Shown in pieces: positions 48,601 to 58,100 of a DNA stretch of 64,000 nt. Position 1 is the stretch's first letter. Each line of letters begins with the position of its first letter. The position numbers were made by a program, and so were the translations under genes. The stretch is taken from assembly GCA_965140585.1 (NCBI GenBank), contig OZ223267.1, positions 96,001-160,000 on the forward strand, in the 5' to 3' direction. The notes beneath the pieces are model-generated. The model worked only from the letters and a program-made list of their open reading frames with translations, was not told the DNA's origin and made no database searches. Source of the stretch: Spirochaetia bacterium. GTDB lineage: Bacteria; Spirochaetota; Spirochaetia; UBA9216.

Positions 48601-48675
48601 GATAATGACCTTGGCGCCGAGTATATTAGAGTAACAGACCTTAGATGCCTGAACAGGATAAGAGAAGCTGTATGA
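45610..48675 (+). CDS. dnaE2: DNA polymerase III alpha, probable error-prone DnaE2 type
   Basis: PHP HLHCRSHYSLL, CGRGSAASS, FERFL, PPDIDVDF, GTHPGG, KIDILG, G.FYIESP, YQED, GYSFCKSHSASYA, C-terminal OB-fold; short length and GRGSAA/HPGG/IESP variants fit DnaE2. Confidence 0.85.
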   Translation: MRKHGKTVTHLHCRSHYSLLNGIMSPAVICRSAAQAGESSAAITDVNNLYALPEFIEAAATSGIKPVCGAAVALPQENGKGGSHLFTAYCRDRKGFARLNSIISKINYSYSQYTERKFYDPVSDLLENGRDGLVVVSNRYEVIMRLIAAGNEDLYYGLYYGTPFRDAVIRARKHGIKTAALNEAVFSDDSDRSALAVLRAVGNKSTIEKTSAGSDWASACGAMAPSANILAGAERMDSFFSSVPEALANSRRIADETAGAAILPDKWIFPLYRGMHEEEAGRELYRLCRAALPVRYPEEQRPGAPLSVGRPPFSQRAAALQRLEYEMGIICRKGFAGYFLVVRDIVMRAPRTCGRGSAASSIVSYLLGITHVDPLRYNLFFERFLNMDRNDPPDIDVDFPWDEREKALNYVFEHYSGSSAMVCDHVFFKRRGAAREAARAHGMDEARVNALMKNWRGGRGEPLPDYVAETAAMLYRQPRYIGTHPGGVVITPGPITNYTHIQPSASGYPVIAWEKDGAESSGLIKIDILGNRSLAVLRDTIRLVNPGRENKIEWASFQPYSDQRTRRYIESGDTAGIFYIESPATRQLLKKMGRADFEHLVAASSIIRPAANKWINEYVRRLKGGAYNPLHPLLAGILDETYGIMVYQEDVAKVAIAAAGFSPGEADQLRKILSKKNRAEKLPAWRTRFTEGAASRGVPASEADELWAGILSFDGYSFCKSHSASYALVSYRLAWLKLRYPLEFMISVINNGGGFYSRQVYLNIVRRMGFPVMIPDINRSQRKYSIEKTETGEALRAGLLQIRDLSGDFIDKLLAERTSRGDFRSFNDFTTRTGPSYRDIRMLIKSGSLDSIAGELNRPQMFWLFYSGNCSGGFFGRQLVPGLKAYSRRVCLSDEIDTLSLFFSEHPIDVFSDRIKRSSPHPLIDSRAIGGHMGMRVSIAGTLAAEKEALTSDKKPMCFISFEDPFSMFETVFFPDAWKAYEAVISSGFAFIVSGVVDNDLGAEYIRVTDLRCLNRIREAV

Positions 48676-48717
48676 ATTTTTTGAGTACAGTTGCCGAGAA
48701 TAATACGGGGATATACA

Positions 48718-49638
48718 TTGAAAATATTATTGATCGGCCGGAAGGACAGAAAAGAGGGTTTCGAGGCCCTTGCACGAATACTGACTCTTGAAAATGTGAA
48801 AACAGAAATTCTGTGTTTTGAAGAGCTTAACCGTGAAACCCTGCTTCCGACCCTCTTCGGTGCAGACATCTACCTCATATCCCCTGAAAACGAAATAAGT
48901 GAAGATGATCTCCCCCTGAACAATCCCTGCTCAATATGCAGACTTGAAGCTATAGTTATGGGATTCGCCATTGCCCAGAAGGGCCGTATGATGCTTCTGG
49001 TAAGAGGAGGCGACAGTCCTGAACTGCCGTTTTCCGGATTACCGGTGGTTAAAAGTCTAGGAGAGGCTATTTCTTATTTCCGGAGGGCTAAAAAGGAATT
49101 CGAGAGTACAGAGGTTTTTCGTGAGGCCAGAGAGATAATTTCTGCTGCATCGCTTTCTTTCAGCGGAAAGGGAATGATTGAGGCTGTAAAGAATGAGATG
49201 ATGAATGAGGTAGAGGCCTTCCTCAGGGTCGGATTTGCCACCGATACTGAAGATTCCGACGGTGTTCCGCTTATTTCGTGGGCGGTAAGAAAGGGTAACC
49301 TTGAAATATGCAGGCTTCTTCTAAGTTATAATGCATCGGTAAATGTTATTGCCCGTGATCGAACTACAACGCCGCTTATAGATGCGGTTTCTTCGGGAAA
49401 TCATGAGCTTGCAGTAATTCTGATGGATGCCGGAGCTGATCTTGATTTCAGGAACCGAAACGGCCAGACAGCGCTTATTATTACAATAGGAAACAGGATG
49501 CTGGACCTGGCCAGAGATCTGATAGATAAGGGTGCGGATATCAGCATATCGGATAGTCTCGGCATGAACGCAGCGGGATATGCAAAGCTGTTTTCCATGA
49601 CTGAACTCGAAGAATACTTAAGCAGTAAAATTTCTTAA
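48718..49638 (+). CDS. Ankyrin-repeat protein with an N-terminal alpha/beta domain
   Basis: G.PLI.WAV..GN, TTPLIDAV..GN, GQTALI..I..., GMNA..YA; TTG start behind GGGGA. Confidence 0.85.
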   Translation: MKILLIGRKDRKEGFEALARILTLENVKTEILCFEELNRETLLPTLFGADIYLISPENEISEDDLPLNNPCSICRLEAIVMGFAIAQKGRMMLLVRGGDSPELPFSGLPVVKSLGEAISYFRRAKKEFESTEVFREAREIISAASLSFSGKGMIEAVKNEMMNEVEAFLRVGFATDTEDSDGVPLISWAVRKGNLEICRLLLSYNASVNVIARDRTTTPLIDAVSSGNHELAVILMDAGADLDFRNRNGQTALIITIGNRMLDLARDLIDKGADISISDSLGMNAAGYAKLFSMTELEEYLSSKIS

Positions 49639-49685
49639 TACCTCCGGCTTGACCTTAGAGGGCGTGTAGATTACTTTTAAAGTGT

Positions 49686-50456
49686 ATGGAAGAAAAGACA
49701 AAAGCAACCATTTTTCATGTTTATAGAAAAGATGGCAGTTCAATATTTTTATATCCCATGATAAAAGGCAAAAATGTACTCAGCCTTTTTGAAAATAATG
49801 ATTTTACCGGAGTATACGGTAAAGAACCCCGGGTTGAATCACTTACTCTCCTTCGAAATGATCTTTACAGGATGATAGAACAGTCGGTTAAGGAATGGTC
49901 TGCCGAGCGCAAATTTATTCCCCGTTTTCTTATATCAACCGGATGTTTTCTTCTTGTGTACCTGCTTGCATCAGTGGTTATCAGGGATCCTCTTCCAATG
50001 ATAGATGAAATACTTATTGGTCTTGCGGCTGCTGCCGGTCTGTATTTTTTTCTTGCAAGAAAGGATACTTCATCCAGGGAGGTTACCGAAAAAAAGGTAA
50101 GGCTCCGGATGAAAGTCGATGAAATAGTTTTCAACGAAGACCCCTTTGTTAAGGATGCTGAACAGTATCTTCAGAAATGTGAAGATGCTGAAGACATTGA
50201 AAAGCTTCTTATAAATATGCTTGCCGATGAAGGTAATATTATGCATGCACCAGAGGAGCTTCGGAAGGTAGAGCAGTTTCTTGAATACATCAGCCTTATG
50301 TATGATCAGAATGCCATCAAAAAGCATGAAAAGATGCTGTCGAAGATGAAAAAAGGAAATGATTCACAGCAGAAACAGATGGTTAAGTGGCTTTCAAGCA
50401 GAAAGGTGGATCCCTTCCTCTTTGCGGTCTATACAAAATACAAAAAACAAAGCTAA
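49686..50456 (+). CDS. Conserved hypothetical membrane protein (spirochaete-type)
   Basis: Two-TM hairpin around IRDPLP.IDE; own promoter TTGACC-17-TACTTT. Confidence 0.7.
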   Translation: MEEKTKATIFHVYRKDGSSIFLYPMIKGKNVLSLFENNDFTGVYGKEPRVESLTLLRNDLYRMIEQSVKEWSAERKFIPRFLISTGCFLLVYLLASVVIRDPLPMIDEILIGLAAAAGLYFFLARKDTSSREVTEKKVRLRMKVDEIVFNEDPFVKDAEQYLQKCEDAEDIEKLLINMLADEGNIMHAPEELRKVEQFLEYISLMYDQNAIKKHEKMLSKMKKGNDSQQKQMVKWLSSRKVDPFLFAVYTKYKKQS

Positions 50457-50566
50457 TCGGCTTTTAAAAACTTCAGTTTTAAAAAGCTACAAAAATACAG
50501 AGGAAGAAAATTTTATAATTTGATGTAGCTTATTGAATTATGTGTATATGTAGCATTTTGCTTCAA

Positions 50567-50605
50567 GATAAAACTAAAAACCCCGGTTGGGTTTTTAGTT
50601 TTATC
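50567..50605. terminator. Long hairpin between convergent genes
   Basis: GATAAAACTAAAAACCC-CGGTT-GGGTTTTTAGTTTTATC, perfect 17-bp stem. Confidence 0.75.
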
Positions 50606-51857
50606 AATCTACCTTGTTTAATTCCTGCATCTGCTCAAGAAGGTTTACCGAGCGTGAGGCGCTTGCAAGAAATTCCTCTGCGGGAGTGAAACTGTTGTCT
50701 AAATCAAGCGCCGCCTGCCAGTAGGCAATGGCTTTTTCAAGATCACCTGAAGCATAGGCCTCAAGCCCTGCAATATACAGTTCATCAACCCTCTGCTGCT
50801 TTTCATAGCGGCCCTCATCTCCGAGTTTAAGCTTTGCGGTAATACTGAAACGGTTTAAGATATCAGTAGAAGATGTTGTTGGATCATAAGTATAATTGAT
50901 GTTATAAACAACCTTTTCGAGGTTTATGGTGCTTCCAAGTGCTACACCCAGACTTCCGGCGCCTGTACTTAGAAATGCCCCGCCGTGAAACGAGAAAAAA
51001 TCAGTCATTTCCGAGTTAAACCCCAAAGCATAACCGGGAGTTTCAGCTTCAACCTCAGGATCGAGGCTGACAGGCAGATCAAAATCAAAAGCCAGTTTAA
51101 AAGGCCTCACCGGCTGGTAGGCAATGCCTGCTGAGAATTCGGTGGGCAGGGGCTCAGGATCTGTGATTGTTTCAAATCCAAGGTTTTTAAAGGCAGCACC
51201 TATGGAGAAGTTTTTATCTCGCGATGAATAAAATTTCAGAAAATTAAAACTTGAAAGTAGTCCGACATCAGCTGCAAAGGCGGCTGAAGACTGTTCTGCA
51301 TAAAATATTTCCGGTATGTGGTGATAGGCTGCTTTTAGCGATAGTCCTGCTGATATTCCGTTAAAATAATAGGAACGGAAAAGGTTATAGGCTCCGGTTA
51401 CAGAGGCAACTGCCTCGAAAGGCGTTCCCTTTGCTACACCTTCACCATAGGAGTCGTATGAGGTAAAATTAAGGTGAAGTATATTTCCGGTAGCGGCTAT
51501 TCCCAGATCATCAAATCGCTTTGTGAAGGCAATTCCGTCTATGTAGGAATCTGCAATCCAGTTATTATGCAGAAATGCAAGCTCTGTGAGATCAAGCAAT
51601 GCTGCTGAAGCAGGATTATAAAGAAGCGATGATGTGTCATATGCCACGGCTGTTCCGACCGAGCCCATACCGGCAGATTTACCGCCAACCGGAATTTCCA
51701 GTATAGGAAAAACGGTCTGTCCCGTATTGCTGTTTTCGCCCTGCAGATACTCCAGAAATGTTGTAATCTCACCGTAGGTATCATTAAAATCCGACGCTGT
51801 GACAAAGACGGGAATGAGAAGAGGCAGTAAAAATGTGAACAGCAGAAATCGCTTCAT
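50604..51857 (-). CDS. UPF0164-family outer-membrane beta-barrel (FadL/PorV-like) with a C-terminal TPR
   Basis: NTG.T.FP.L.IP.GG...GMG...TAV..D.S....NPA.AA, H.NWIADS, alternating beta-strands, LGDEGR, TPR LY..GLEAY..GD...AI.YW..AL.LD..F.PA. Confidence 0.85.
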   Translation of the reverse strand: MKRFLLFTFLLPLLIPVFVTASDFNDTYGEITTFLEYLQGENSNTGQTVFPILEIPVGGKSAGMGSVGTAVAYDTSSLLYNPASAALLDLTELAFLHNNWIADSYIDGIAFTKRFDDLGIAATGNILHLNFTSYDSYGEGVAKGTPFEAVASVTGAYNLFRSYYFNGISAGLSLKAAYHHIPEIFYAEQSSAAFAADVGLLSSFNFLKFYSSRDKNFSIGAAFKNLGFETITDPEPLPTEFSAGIAYQPVRPFKLAFDFDLPVSLDPEVEAETPGYALGFNSEMTDFFSFHGGAFLSTGAGSLGVALGSTINLEKVVYNINYTYDPTTSSTDILNRFSITAKLKLGDEGRYEKQQRVDELYIAGLEAYASGDLEKAIAYWQAALDLDNSFTPAEEFLASASRSVNLLEQMQELNKVD

Positions 51858-52114
51858 ATACAATTTAATATACTACAGATGAACAGTCTTTTCTATCATA
51901 CTTTTCAGAACTGTGTTCATCCCTGTATACTATGTCGGTTGTTTTCCTTATTTCTTTTTCTTTTTGTGATAGTATTTTAGCAGAAAGTTCGATAAATTGT
52001 CGGCTCATAAGGAGCCTCTTTTCTGCCGATATAATGAAGAGGTTTACCATGCTCTGCAGACCGGATGGAGAAACGGTTTCAGGCTGATTTTGCAAAGTAA
52101 CAGAGGCTAATTTT

Positions 52115-55100
52115 TTGTTGAAAAGTGCTGCCGGTACTCTAAAAATTATACTACTCATAATACTGTTTCTGAATTCGGCTTTGGTCTTTTCAGGCGGAAG
52201 GCAGGAAGGCTCTGTTAACCAGCTTGTGGAGGCCGAAGAACTTATCAATCAGCGTGAGTATAACCAGGCTGTACTCATCCTGTCAGGGATGCTGAAGACT
52301 AATCCTGATAAACTTGACGAAATTCAGGAACTTCTCAACCGTGTAAGAACTGAAAAGGAACTTTATAATGACCGATATGAAGAGCTCCTGCTGACCTACG
52401 GCGGAGATGATGTAGAAGCTGCATATCCGATTATCAAAGATCTTGAAGAACTGGACCCCAATCCGAATGAAGCAACCCGTGAATCACTTGTTCTTGCACG
52501 AGAAACCGCCGGTTTTGTTTTCAATAACAACAGATATAATGACATAATGGAGGAAGCTGCAGGCTATATGACTGCCGGACAGCTTCCTCAGGCTGTAGAT
52601 ACCTATATGAGCGGCTTTGATCTCAGCCGGGATATTTTCAATGATGCAGGTTACGGCAATATTATTATGAACGATGTTTATGAGCACACCAATGAGATGG
52701 ACGAGCTCAGCCGTGAATTTCTGACTATTTACACTGAGCTCAATTCAAGTCTCGGCAATGAAACAACTGTCTTTGACCGTAGAGATCTCGAAGCATATCC
52801 ACGGACTACTGCTCCTATTCTTGAAAATCTGACCAGAAGTATAGAAATCAAGAGGCTTCTTGATGAACTTGCCGCTTATTACCTTGAACAGGAAGAGAAT
52901 ATCCGTATCAGCCGCGGAGATGAGAAGCAGGTGCATTACCTTGTCTATATGAACAGGCTTCTTAAGGGCAGGACCGATGCTCAGTCTCCTGAAGGAATAG
53001 CAGGTGCTGTAAATGTAAAAAATGCCGAGGTTGCTGAAACTATCCGCAGTCATGCAGTTCTTCTGGTTGAAGAAGCTTATACTGATGCTCTTTCTCACTA
53101 TTCAGCGGGTAGGTACGAGCAGGCAGGCGCGGGATTCTCGACTGTCTTAACTCTTGCAGAAGGTGTAGTACAGACCTTTGCAGTCTGGGATACAGGCTAT
53201 ACCAGTTTTTCCGGTGAAATACCTGAGCCGAGTGAAGATGAGCAGCTGAATACCATAATTTCAAACCAGGTTAATAATGAAACCTGGTATTCAGCTGCTG
53301 AATCGTACACTTCACTTATAAATGAAAATCTTGCTTATCAGGATCTCAAGCAGCAGATAAATTCGCTTGAAAACCCTGCAGACGGAGAGCAGATCAGAAG
53401 CGTTCTGGTTAATCATGACCGCATAATTACCGAACTCGGCGAGCAGTGGGAATTTGAATACCAGCGGCTTAATACTATCGCCTCCTCGGGGCTTAACATA
53501 GGGCCATCGGTTGAGGCTACCGGCAGTATGCTAAATGAAATTAACAGGATGGAGGATGATCTTCTTGCCGATGAGATTGTTCTCGTAGCCGCTATGGCGG
53601 AGGCTGATCTGTCGGACTATGAAGTTACATTACTTGGTCTGACCGGAATTAAAGATGAAGGCATTTTACTCATTGACGGAATCCCGGCTGAAGATCAAAC
53701 AGCTGCAGCTGATGATACCGGAGAGAATGCCGAAGAAATACAGATTCTATACAAGTATCCGGACAGAGCCCTTGAAAGTCTCCTGCAGATTCAGCCTGCA
53801 ATTACCCGGCTTGCCGCAGATATAAGCGGAATCCAGAATTTTATAGCTGACGAAAGAATTGAAATCCGTACCGGGGAGCCGGTTCGTGAAGCCTTAACCC
53901 ATGCAGATTCACTGGATAACAGTACTTCAGACCTTGCCGCTGAGGTTGAACAGCTCATAGCAAGGGCAAGAGAGCAGATATTCACTGCTGACAGGCTCAG
54001 ACAGGAAGGTGAACGAAGGATTCAGGAATCAAAGACCCTTACCCAGCAGGCTCAGTTTCCCGCTGCAAAGGAACGGCTGGAACAGGCTGCTCAGAAATTT
54101 GATGACTCTCTTACTTATCAGGAAGATTCTGCTCTGCGTGATTACCGTGATAATGATATTCCAAGGCTCTATGAAGAGATTCAGGTCGCGGAGAATAACC
54201 TTGTAATACGTCAGGTCAGGCAGTATCTGACCGAGGGGAAATCATATTATTCACAGGGTAAATTCCCCTCTGCCCAGAATGTGCTGATCAAGGCCAAGAA
54301 CCGCTGGGCAGATACGAATGTTGAGGAAAATGCCGAGGTTGAATACTGGCTTACACTCACTCAGACAGCCTTGTCGGTAACCTCCGGACGAACAATTTCA
54401 CAAACCGACCCTCTTTATTCAGAGATGAACCAGTATTTAAGTCAGGCTAAGGCTGATTTTATCAAAGCGAAATCTCTTTACGACCAGGGCAGCCGGGACG
54501 ATGCTGATTTCTATTTCAGCAGGGCTGAACAAAGTATCCTGTATGTTCAGCAGTTCTTCCCCTTTAATGAGGAAGCCCGGGTTCTTAACCTTAGAATAAG
54601 CCAGTACAGGGATCCTGAAAGCTTCAGGGAACTGTTTAATAATGATTTTCAGACAGCAAGAAGTCTGATTTCAACCAACCCCAGGAAGGCGTATATTGAC
54701 CTTAAGGACCTTGAGGCTATTAATGCTACATACCCGGGACTTCAGTCGGCAATCACAGAGGCGGAATACGCCTCCGGTATCAAGGTCAAGCCGCCTGACA
54801 CGACAAAAATCAATCGAAGTATCGAACTTTATCAGCTGGCCTACAGTATAGTAAGCCGGAATGTAAGATCCGAGTTTAATGTTGCTCTGAGTTACCTCGA
54901 TGAGGCAATTACGCTGAACCCCGATAATATAGAAGCAATAAGGCTGAAAGATCGAATTTCCGCGGATGTAGGAGGTACTGCCACAGTTGTTATGTCCAGT
55001 GCCGATCAGCAGCGCTATCTTGAAGCTGTTAATGAATTCTCGGCCGGTAATTACCTGAAAGCCCGTATTATAGTGGAAAATCTTCTCCGGAATCCCGATA

Positions 55101-55156
55101 ATCAGCGTAACACCAAGATTCTTGAGCTTAAGGAAAGGATTGACAGAACCAGATGA
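52115..55156 (+). CDS. Large exported all-helical TPR-like protein
   Basis: Signal ending VFSGG.QE; TPR-like motifs throughout (YNQAV, Y..A..HY..G.YEQA, GK.YY..G.F..A, LDEAI.LNPDN.EA). Confidence 0.75.
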   Translation: MLKSAAGTLKIILLIILFLNSALVFSGGRQEGSVNQLVEAEELINQREYNQAVLILSGMLKTNPDKLDEIQELLNRVRTEKELYNDRYEELLLTYGGDDVEAAYPIIKDLEELDPNPNEATRESLVLARETAGFVFNNNRYNDIMEEAAGYMTAGQLPQAVDTYMSGFDLSRDIFNDAGYGNIIMNDVYEHTNEMDELSREFLTIYTELNSSLGNETTVFDRRDLEAYPRTTAPILENLTRSIEIKRLLDELAAYYLEQEENIRISRGDEKQVHYLVYMNRLLKGRTDAQSPEGIAGAVNVKNAEVAETIRSHAVLLVEEAYTDALSHYSAGRYEQAGAGFSTVLTLAEGVVQTFAVWDTGYTSFSGEIPEPSEDEQLNTIISNQVNNETWYSAAESYTSLINENLAYQDLKQQINSLENPADGEQIRSVLVNHDRIITELGEQWEFEYQRLNTIASSGLNIGPSVEATGSMLNEINRMEDDLLADEIVLVAAMAEADLSDYEVTLLGLTGIKDEGILLIDGIPAEDQTAAADDTGENAEEIQILYKYPDRALESLLQIQPAITRLAADISGIQNFIADERIEIRTGEPVREALTHADSLDNSTSDLAAEVEQLIARAREQIFTADRLRQEGERRIQESKTLTQQAQFPAAKERLEQAAQKFDDSLTYQEDSALRDYRDNDIPRLYEEIQVAENNLVIRQVRQYLTEGKSYYSQGKFPSAQNVLIKAKNRWADTNVEENAEVEYWLTLTQTALSVTSGRTISQTDPLYSEMNQYLSQAKADFIKAKSLYDQGSRDDADFYFSRAEQSILYVQQFFPFNEEARVLNLRISQYRDPESFRELFNNDFQTARSLISTNPRKAYIDLKDLEAINATYPGLQSAITEAEYASGIKVKPPDTTKINRSIELYQLAYSIVSRNVRSEFNVALSYLDEAITLNPDNIEAIRLKDRISADVGGTATVVMSSADQQRYLEAVNEFSAGNYLKARIIVENLLRNPDNQRNTKILELKERIDRTR

Positions 55157-58100
55157 TGTATAGCGGCAGGTTAAGAAAAATTATATTTCTCCTCATCATT
55201 TTTATGAGCTCCGCTGCCGCAGCATCTGCCCAGGATTTTTACTGGGAGCAGCAAGAAGTTCTTGTTGATAATGCAGCTTACTTCAGCCGATCTGCAGCAG
55301 GAACCAATCTGATGGCTGCTGTATGGCAGGACCGTATCCGGGAAACTGAAAATGGAGCGGAATACGGGCTATCAATAATCACTTCGACAGACGGACTTGA
55401 ATGGAAAACCAGCAAGCGTTTTCTGGGTCCCTTTTCATACACGGGTAAAGAAAACTTTTTCTTTTCACTTGCGGTTAATAAACAGGATATAATTTATCTT
55501 GCTGTTTCAAACGATGACAACAGTATAAGCCTCTACCAGTCATCCGACAGCGGAAACAGTTTTACCGAAAATTTCCGTTCTGATCCCTTTCCGGTAAAAA
55601 CAAGCCCGCGGCTGTCGCTGCGCAGTGACGGCGGGATGATTCTTTTTGTTACTCAGGAATCCAACGTTGATGAGTTCGGTTCGCTGGGAATATACTATTC
55701 TGTATCCGATAACAGCGGCAGAACCTGGTCTGAATTCAGCCAGCTGGCACCGGAAGCGGAACTGAAGGGTAACTTCCTTCCATCTCATACCTCATACATG
55801 GGACGGGAATATGTAGCCTTCCAGGCCTTTCATCTTGGAACCACTTCTACCTTCCAGCTCTACCTGAAATACAGTGATGACGGCGGCCACTCGTGGTCTG
55901 ATGCCGTTTATATATCAGGCTTCGAGGATGATAACGATCTCTATGATGGTGATCCCTATGTTTTTGACAACCAGCGGCCTTTTCTCCTGGGAAATACAAG
56001 CGGTATATACCTTGCCTGGGAACGCGGATATGCCGGAAACAACCCGCAGATTTATTTTGCTGAACTGAACCGCAATGGATCGGTCACCGGATTCCCCGAA
56101 CAGGTAAGCGGCGGAATAGCCGAATGCAGAAACCCCAGAATGTCTTATTACCGGGGAATGCTCACGCTTATATGGTTCGACAACAGGGCCGGAGACTACC
56201 ATAATATAATAGCCAGGCGTGACGGTGCGTTCTGGAGTACCAATGATCTCAACTATATTACCGCCGGCTCGTCGGTATTCGGAAATCTCCTTGTCCGGCA
56301 GGATGATTTATTTATCATGTGGGAAAACACCCTCTCAGAGAGGACCCGGCTTGTGCTCCTTTCTCCAGACAAAACTGTTTCAGCTCCTGTTCTAAGAGCT
56401 GCTGATTTCCGCGCATCAACCCCGGCGAAGCAGGACAGCTTTACAGTACGCTGGAATACACCTTCTGATTCATCGGGTATCGCCGGCTATTCCTGGATCT
56501 ACGACCGGGATGAAAACTCAAAGCCCCGTGAAAGTCTGATGATGCTTGATCGTAACCGCAGTATAACTGTTGATGCAGATGATGACGGCTCATGGTTCTT
56601 TCACGTTATTGCCCAGGACTATGCCGGAAACTGGTCGGATACTGCAACGATAGAGATTGTCCGGGATACAACACCACCGGGAACAGTTACATTTAATGAA
56701 CCTGAAAAGGACGAGCGGGATACACTTCTTTCCAATACGCTTTCCCTTGACTGGGAGCCTCCGCCCGAAGAAGATGTAGCAGGATACAGCTATACGCTGC
56801 AGGCTTTAAGCGGCTGGACCTACAGCGGTGACCTCGATGTCTTCAGGCTCAGAACCCCGTCGGGTACTGTGCAGACATCCGGAACAAGCTATTCGTTCAG
56901 AAACATTGACAACGGGCTGTGGGCACTTAATGTCCGCGCTATCGATAATGTAGGAAATGCAGGTGAAGCGAATACCCTGTATTTCAGGCTCAACAAGTAC
57001 ATACCGGTCACCTATATTACCAGCATTAACAGCAGGAAGGATGAACTGGGTACTCTTACACTTGAAATTACCGGCCGCGGATTTTCAGTAGGCGGTCTTA
57101 TTGAAGAAGTCATACTCGACACAGACGGTGCCGAACCCTATGACTATGTCTTTACAAAGGATACCGATCTCTACAACGTAGTTGATGACCGGTTTATAAG
57201 GGGTCCGCTTCTTGAGGATATACTTGCAGGTACTTACCGTGTAGGTCTTATCCATCCGGAGCGCGGACTGTATTTTACCAGGACCGGGATAACCCTTGAA
57301 TCAAGCGGAACTGTAAAATTCGGTGATTTTTCGGTTATTCCTGTTCCCCAGTGGCAGATAGTGGAACAGAAGCGTTTCAATATTCCGTTTAATTATCTGC
57401 TGATGGCGGTAGTGCTGATTCTGCTTGTCTTCCTATTTGTTTTCACACTGCAGCGGGCCTTTGCTCTTGCTGCGGAAGGCCGGACTCTGCACAGGCAGGC
57501 GGTAGCCCTTATTGAAGGGCAGCTGCTTTCCGAAGAAGAAAAACAGGAGAGGATTGCTCAGATGGCTAAAATGAGAATGGGGCTTAGATTCAAGTTCGCC
57601 CTGTGGGTAACATTACTTGTACTGCTTATAGTCGGAATGGTTGCAGTTCCTGTTGCGGTTGTCACTTCGGATAATCAGCGTCAGATTCTGGCAACAGGAC
57701 TGGAGGAAAGGGCTGAGGTTCTGCTGGAAAGCATTACCAGCGGTGCGAGGACTTTCCTTCCTTCGGATAATATTCTTGAACTTAACAACCTGCCCTCACA
57801 GATGTCTGCAATGGGCAAGGATGCTGTTTCTGTAACAATAACAGGCCACGGTGATTCAGCTGCAGAAGGATATCAGCCTGACAAGTTTGACTATATATGG
57901 GTTACAAATGATGACTCACTGCCGGAGGAAGTCCGGGGAACAACCGGAACTTATCTGATGGCGGATGAAATTGCCTCTATTACTGATGAGCTGTCAGCCT
58001 CTGTAAATGAACAGGCAGCATCACGTGTAGGACTGATTGTAGATGAAATTCAGCTGCTCAACGATCAGGTCGAACCGCTTGTAGACCAGTTCATCAGTAC

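Noticed and set aside
51865-52248. 127-aa minus-strand ORF in the divergent spacer
   Set aside because: It overlaps the TPR-like gene start and promoter elements and shows no motif or SD.
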